Source of the DNA: Methanocella sp.
Lineage (GTDB): Archaea; Thermoproteota; Bathyarchaeia; Bathyarchaeales; Bathycorpusculaceae
Direction: 5' to 3'
Assembly (NCBI GenBank): GCA_050261115.1
Contig: JBLNCY010000003.1
Span: forward strand, 19,673-83,672
Length of the DNA: 64,000 bases
The notes beneath the pieces are model-generated. The model was given only the letters and a program-made list of their open reading frames with translations. It made no database searches and had not been told where the DNA came from. Below are positions 58,728 to 64,000 of the stretch, piece after piece; position 1 is the stretch's first letter; each line of letters starts with the position of its first letter. The position numbers were made by a program, and so were the translations under genes.

Positions 58728-59330
58728 ATGTCACAAACAACAGCATCCACAAGTGTAGCTACTCCAGTCGAAATCAAACTGTTCCAGAAATGGAGCTTTA
58801 AAGACATCACAGTCAAAGACATTGGTCTGCAACGCTACCTAAACCTCACCCCAATGGTTGTCCCTCACAGCATGGGCCGCCATGAACACCAAAGATTCCG
58901 CAAATCCAAAGTCAACATCGTTGAACGCTTAATCAACAATATCATGCGCAGCGGCAAAAACGCAGGCAAAAAAGCCAAAGCAACCAACTATGTTAAAGAA
59001 GCATTCGAAATAATCGCAGCCAAAACAGGAAAAAACCCAATCGACGTCCTTGTCCAAGCCGTTGAGAACTGTGCTCCATGCGAAGACACAACACGCATCA
59101 GCTACGGTGGTGTCGTCTACCACTTATCCGTTGATGTCGCTCCACAAAGACGCATCGATCTTGCCTTACGCCATATAACTGAAGGTGCACGTGCCACATC
59201 CATCAACACCCCCAAAAGCATACAGGAATGCATTGCAGACGAATTAATGCTCGCCGCAAACAAAGACATCAAATCCGCAGGCTTTGCCAAGCGCAACGAA
59301 ATTGAACGCGTTGCACAAAGCAGCAGATAA
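58728..59330 (+). CDS. rps7: 30S ribosomal protein uS7
   Basis: KLFQKW, IVERLIN, GKK, VDVAPQRR and ERVAQSSR motifs. Confidence 0.97.
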   Translation: MSQTTASTSVATPVEIKLFQKWSFKDITVKDIGLQRYLNLTPMVVPHSMGRHEHQRFRKSKVNIVERLINNIMRSGKNAGKKAKATNYVKEAFEIIAAKTGKNPIDVLVQAVENCAPCEDTTRISYGGVVYHLSVDVAPQRRIDLALRHITEGARATSINTPKSIQECIADELMLAANKDIKSAGFAKRNEIERVAQSSR

Positions 59331-59677
59331 ACCAACCTTTCCTTTCTTATTCCTTATTTTCGATTTTTATTAGATGCCGCTCTTTATGCATGACTTCTCT
59401 CATTAGGCTAAGCTGTTTAGCTTAATCCATAAATGCGGTGTGCATCATTTCGCTCTCGCTGGCACTCGATCGTCTAGCCATCTCAGTTAGAATCATCTTC
59501 TCCCTGGAAGGACAACCTTTACTATACATTTACGTGTCAAACCATTAGCCATCTCCCTATTCATTTGCCGACGAAAAAACCACATTTTCAGACGGCAAAT
59601 GTCGCTATCGACCGATATATAAGAAGATTTGCCAGCACCTACAAAACCCTTAGAGTCGTAGAATAAAAATACAAAAA

Positions 59678-60865
59678 CTAAGTTTTCGCATGGATCTCAA
59701 TGATGTCGCCGTCGTCAAGCACGAAACTCAACCCGACCTTCTTGGGGCTAAACGGCAACCGCTTTGCCCAAACCATCGCAAACAAAAACTTTGACAACAA
59801 TTCTTTGTGGATGTTTTTTGCTAGGTCGTTAACTGTGGCGCCTTTGCGCATGGCAAAGGGGTGATCGCTATGTGCTTTCTCACCCGGCTCCTTTGTATAA
59901 ATGCGGATAATTCCCAGTGAATCAAAAATCGCTTTGCCCAACTCTGGAATTCCAAGTTTCCGTTCACAGGACATCGGAACAATCGGTAAGCAACCGTTAA
60001 GGTGTGTCTGGAGCGACTTTAGATTCGCCGCTGTTCCATTAACGTCGAGCTTGTTGGCGACGACTACTGCGGGTTTGTAGATGGTGTTTTCGTAGATGGC
60101 GTTCTCCACATCTTCCAGTGTTACGTCGCCGCTGATTCGTACTATAGCGTCGTTGATTCGGTAATTACGCAGTAGCTCCTCTACCTCTTTGTAGCTGCAG
60201 TCCACAAGTTTGCCTGTTACGATAATGCGTAGCTTAGCTCCTGCGGGGCGACGCTCAATGTTTACCTGGCCGCCTGATGCTTTAGTTACAATGACACGGC
60301 TTTTCTCCAGTTCCTCCAAAAGCAGCTCTAACTGCTTCACGGGATCATAGGTCAAATCTACCATCAAAATCACACCGTCGGCATTACGCGCCAACCCCAA
60401 AGTGACGTTTCCGCCCGCTTTTCCCTCAGCTGCGCCCTCCATAACTGCGGGTGCCTCAACAATCTGGTAAGACACATCCTTATAGTACATAATACCGGGG
60501 ACAGGAACGTGAGTGCTAAACGGTGTCGGCGTAACCACAACCTTGCTGTTGGTGGTGGCATTCATCAGGCTGCTTTTGCCCACGTTAGTCATGCCAACAA
60601 GCACTATCTGTGCAGAAGCGCCTTTTTCGATGAAAAGTTTAGGTCCACCGCTGCTCTTTCCCGTGCCCAACCGCTTCTTTTTATCGAGGTCTTCGCGAAT
60701 CAAGGCAATCTTGCGGTTTATTTCGCCGCGAAGCTTCATGGTGCCCTTGTGGTGCGGAACATACTTTAGAAACTCTATCATTGCTTCCATTTTTTCTCTA
60801 GGCGAACGGGCGGCTTCTACAGCTTCCCACTTGTCTAGTGCTTCTGGCGGCAAGTTAGTCGGCAT
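59678..60865 (-). CDS. DRG/OBG-family GTPase with TGS domain
   Basis: MPTNLP, HKGT, GMTNVGKS, NKLD and a C-terminal TGS domain. Confidence 0.92.
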   Translation of the reverse strand: MPTNLPPEALDKWEAVEAARSPREKMEAMIEFLKYVPHHKGTMKLRGEINRKIALIREDLDKKKRLGTGKSSGGPKLFIEKGASAQIVLVGMTNVGKSSLMNATTNSKVVVTPTPFSTHVPVPGIMYYKDVSYQIVEAPAVMEGAAEGKAGGNVTLGLARNADGVILMVDLTYDPVKQLELLLEELEKSRVIVTKASGGQVNIERRPAGAKLRIIVTGKLVDCSYKEVEELLRNYRINDAIVRISGDVTLEDVENAIYENTIYKPAVVVANKLDVNGTAANLKSLQTHLNGCLPIVPMSCERKLGIPELGKAIFDSLGIIRIYTKEPGEKAHSDHPFAMRKGATVNDLAKNIHKELLSKFLFAMVWAKRLPFSPKKVGLSFVLDDGDIIEIHAKT

Positions 60866-61042
60866 AACAACTTCGCAGATACTACATAAATCAACTTTAA
60901 GACAGTTTCTACTCCCCCACCCTGGTTTCGCCTAAAAAACGTCTCGTAAAGATAGTTGCGTCGCTATGTTACAACAAGCATATAATAAGAAGGCAAGGGA
61001 TAAACCACTTGCACTTAACCTGTTACTTTTGGATGGAATGCC

Positions 61043-62356
61043 ATGAAAACCTTGGCGGCGACATCTCTGCTCTTATGTGTAATTATCATGGTAGCAGTTG
61101 TTGCGTTCGAATATAATCATAGCACACAAGCAGCCGCCGCCACAGCACTACATGTGTCGGGCAACAAAATACTCGATGCCTACGGCAACACAGTAGTTCT
61201 CAGGGGGTTCGGCCGAGCGGGCGACATTGAATCCGCATCTGGCATGTGGAGCGGCCCCGGCGAACTGGTGTTTGCATCAGGCCAAAAATGGCTCCCCATA
61301 GAGGATAACGAGCCCAAAATGGATGCCACCTTCAAATGCTACAAGCAGGTCTGGAAGGCAAACATGATACGGGTCTTCATAAACGTAAACTGGTACATGC
61401 AAGACCACGTAATCCCCGCCGAAGAAGACCCAAAAAACTACCTCACCTACACGGCGTCCATAAGCTACCGAGACTACATCTCAACAGTCGCCTCAAATGC
61501 AGCCAAATATGGTATTTACGTTAATCTTTGCCCCTATCAGCTTCTGAGCGGATACCAAGATGAGATAAGCGGCGGAGCGCAAGGCTTGCCCCTATGCGAC
61601 TGGACCGACAAATGTACAGTATACCTGCAGGGCACAGGCCTAAGCGAAGAGGACTACTGGCATCAGTTTTGGACCCAAGTAGCCACCGACCTCCAAACTT
61701 ACCCGAACGTAATTTTTGAAGCCTACAATGAACCCCAAAACACAGGCGTCGACAACATAACAGAGGGCTACCTGGCTTACCTAAAAATCATGTACAACGC
61801 CGTGCGAAATGTAACACGGGATAACCTGATTTTTATGCAGTGGCAAGCAGGATACATACCCACCTACAACGACCTTAGCTGGTGCCAACAAATCAGCGAC
61901 GCGCTCCCTGACGCCGTCAACTTGGTCTACACTACCCACGCCTACCGCCACTCCCCTTACTTTAATCCCCAATGGGGCACAACCCCCCAGGAGGTAACAG
62001 CCCAACTATCCGCCGCAATCGAGACCATGGGGGTGAATGCGCCGCTAGTCATCAACGAGGCAGGAAGCTGCCAAAACACCATAACCCCCTACGACTTAAC
62101 AAACGAACTCAACTGGTGGAGTAGCCTAAACAGCGCCGCCAAAACATTAGGCGTTGGCTTAGCAGCTTACTACTGGATGTCCGATACCGATCTTGGCCCA
62201 GTATACTCCGGCCTATCCCTGCTCACAGGCGCATGGGAACATGGCGCTTCTTCACCGCAACCCAACCTGCTGGGCAGCATCTTTCTCAACGCCTCAAGCC
62301 CTCGCATGTACCTACGCTACAGCGTCTTTACCTTTGGAATAATGTTTTCTTTGTAG
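61043..62356 (+). CDS. Secreted GH5-like glycoside hydrolase (paralogue of 34701..36395)
   Basis: Signal/TM, LHVSGNKILD, NMIRVF, YNEP, H.Y and NEAG motifs. Confidence 0.85.
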   Translation: MKTLAATSLLLCVIIMVAVVAFEYNHSTQAAAATALHVSGNKILDAYGNTVVLRGFGRAGDIESASGMWSGPGELVFASGQKWLPIEDNEPKMDATFKCYKQVWKANMIRVFINVNWYMQDHVIPAEEDPKNYLTYTASISYRDYISTVASNAAKYGIYVNLCPYQLLSGYQDEISGGAQGLPLCDWTDKCTVYLQGTGLSEEDYWHQFWTQVATDLQTYPNVIFEAYNEPQNTGVDNITEGYLAYLKIMYNAVRNVTRDNLIFMQWQAGYIPTYNDLSWCQQISDALPDAVNLVYTTHAYRHSPYFNPQWGTTPQEVTAQLSAAIETMGVNAPLVINEAGSCQNTITPYDLTNELNWWSSLNSAAKTLGVGLAAYYWMSDTDLGPVYSGLSLLTGAWEHGASSPQPNLLGSIFLNASSPRMYLRYSVFTFGIMFSL

Positions 62357-63315
62357 AACCTAAAGAACTCCTCTTGGTAGGGGCCAATGTTGTGCACAGA
62401 AACTTTCCTAAACCCCGCATCAATAAACGCCTTGATGGTTTCTAGGTGCCGTTTTGGGTCGGAGCCGCAGGCGATGTTTTCTGTAACCTGCTTCTCAGTT
62501 ACAAGCTTCGCAACCTGCTTAAAAAACCGCGGCGTCGGCAACTCCCTATCTAACTCGCCTGGAATCGCTGTTATCGGCCAGAGCTTATGCGCTAACTTTT
62601 TAGCCTCTTCCTCGGAAGCGGCATAGCAGACAGTTGATTGACAGTAAAGCGGTAAATCCTCACCTGCTTCCTCGCGGAAGTTCTTGATAAAGTTCTCGTT
62701 GGGGGTGGTGGTGATTAAGCCGTCGCCAATTTTTCCTGCGGTTCTAGCCATTTTCGGCCCCTCAGCAGCGACGAAAATTGGGATGGGGTTTTTTGGGAGA
62801 GTGTAGATTTTGGCGTTTTCAACTATATAGAAGTCGCCGTAGTAACTCGACATCTTGCCCTTCCATAGTTGGCGAATTACCTCTATGGCTTCTTCTAGCA
62901 TTGCGCTACGGATTTCCTGCGGTGGCCAAATTGACCCCAAAATGTGCTCGTTGAGGTTCTCGCCGGTTCCCACCCCTAAAAAGAACCGATCAGGCATCAT
63001 AGCTCCGGCCGTAGCTGCGGCTTGAGCGATGATTGCAGGGTGAATACGCATCGTGGGACAAGTTACAAAAGTACCCACCCTCAGCTTCTCTGTAACCATC
63101 GCAACACCGCCTAGGGTGCTCCATATGAAGGGGCTGTTGCCCTGTTCGTCTATCCAGGGATGGTAATGGTCGGAAACTGTTGCGAAGGTGAAGCCTGCCT
63201 CCTCAGCCATCCTAGCGTACCGGACCAAATCATTGGGCGGATGCTCCTCAGACATCAAAGCGTACCCAACCTCAACTTCCTTTGGGTCTTCACCATTCAA
63301 TTTTACATGTGGCAA
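62317..63315 (-). CDS. F420-dependent LLM-class oxidoreductase (G6PDH-like family)
   Basis: SEE, SDHYHPW, VTCP, GVGTGENLNE and GDGLI motifs. Confidence 0.9.
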   Translation of the reverse strand: MPHVKLNGEDPKEVEVGYALMSEEHPPNDLVRYARMAEEAGFTFATVSDHYHPWIDEQGNSPFIWSTLGGVAMVTEKLRVGTFVTCPTMRIHPAIIAQAAATAGAMMPDRFFLGVGTGENLNEHILGSIWPPQEIRSAMLEEAIEVIRQLWKGKMSSYYGDFYIVENAKIYTLPKNPIPIFVAAEGPKMARTAGKIGDGLITTTPNENFIKNFREEAGEDLPLYCQSTVCYAASEEEAKKLAHKLWPITAIPGELDRELPTPRFFKQVAKLVTEKQVTENIACGSDPKRHLETIKAFIDAGFRKVSVHNIGPYQEEFFRFYKENIIPKVKTL

Positions 63316-63508
63316 AATATGGCACCATACTTACTGGGGATGGGTGGTGTTGATAAAGTGTGGTTTATGTCGCTGTACAGTCACAACGCTTGGGGCTTGG
63401 GCAGCTATGCTTTTACTTATTAGTGGGTATAAGTGGCACAGTCACAAAGTTATATTAGCGTGGATTGTCTGCTAGAACTGTTGCTTTTTAGGCAGGTGAA
63501 ATGATTAG

Positions 63509-64000
63509 ATGAAACTTTCTGCAAAAACAGCCTTAATTCTTAGCATACTATCCTTATGCTTATCTATTTCAGCGGCATCGGCGCAGACCGCAGACATCAA
63601 CAGTGTAGAAAGCCCCACTTCCGCTACCCTGAACTCAGTTTGTATCGTAAACAATACAACAAGCACCGATAATGACATAACTCAACTAAACGCCTGGGCA
63701 GTAGGCGACGGAGGAACCATCGTAATGTGGGATGGATCATCATGGACAGCCGTGGAGAGCCCCACGTCACTAAACCTGTATTCCGTTGTCTTCTCAGATC
63801 CTAATAACGGGTGGGCAGTAGGTGGAAGCGCCAATGAAGGTGTAATTCTACACTACAATGGAACCTGGAGCGAATGGACCCAAATAAGCTTTAGCGGATT
63901 CACCGACCAATTTGACACCGTTAACAACACCCTATACTCAGTGACAGTAACCAGTGACGGCATGAACGGCTGGATTGTAGGTGCAGGCGGAGTTACAATG
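63509..64000 (+). CDS. Secreted YCF48/BNR-like beta-propeller protein (partial, runs off the window)
   Basis: Hand translation MKLSAKTALIL... with repeated SPT..L.SV...WAVG..G.I..W/Y.G..W blades. Confidence 0.8.
   Translation, partial: MKLSAKTALILSILSLCLSISAASAQTADINSVESPTSATLNSVCIVNNTTSTDNDITQLNAWAVGDGGTIVMWDGSSWTAVESPTSLNLYSVVFSDPNNGWAVGGSANEGVILHYNGTWSEWTQISFSGFTDQFDTVNNTLYSVTVTSDGMNGWIVGAGGVTM

Noticed and set aside
62317-62356. Convergent 3' gene overlaps (also 16464-16500)
   Set aside because: Short convergent overlaps are common in compact archaeal genomes.
1-64000. tRNA, rRNA, SRP or RNase P RNA, transposase, integrase, defence genes
   Set aside because: No diagnostic motifs found by eye; a tRNAscan-SE/Rfam run would be needed to exclude divergent RNAs.

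Overview
Archaeal chromosomal window. It is most consistent with Bathyarchaeia (inferred from the Cdv/ESCRT-III locus, archaeal uS12/uS7, Lsm, RIO2, F420/H4MPT-linked enzymes and secreted GH5-like proteins). Main contents: a TPP riboswitch fused to a bacterial-type ThiT S-component; a four-gene cdvB-like/cdvA/cdvB/cdvC cell-division operon with a divergent two-TM protein; a block of housekeeping genes including LipS1, a SelB/EF-Tu-like pseudo-GTPase and a 4xCBS+HPF-like probable hibernation factor; a ~30-kb surface-glycan/EPS cluster (22.5-52.6 kb); a decayed maleate-isomerase remnant; and dcd, pyrI, rio2, lsm, rps12-rps7, a DRG GTPase, a second GH5 and an F420-dependent LLM enzyme. The most unusual signals are non-coding: (i) a polar intergenic repeat family (TCTATATATRRGGGAGGGG...GCAGAGCAACAG-like) with six copies forming three inward-facing pairs; (ii) a ~135-nt hairpin after cdvC next to one copy; (iii) an apparent A+C versus G+T strand-skew oscillation. 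I found no tRNA, rRNA, CRISPR array or transposase. All family calls are from motif recognition by eye; no searches were run.
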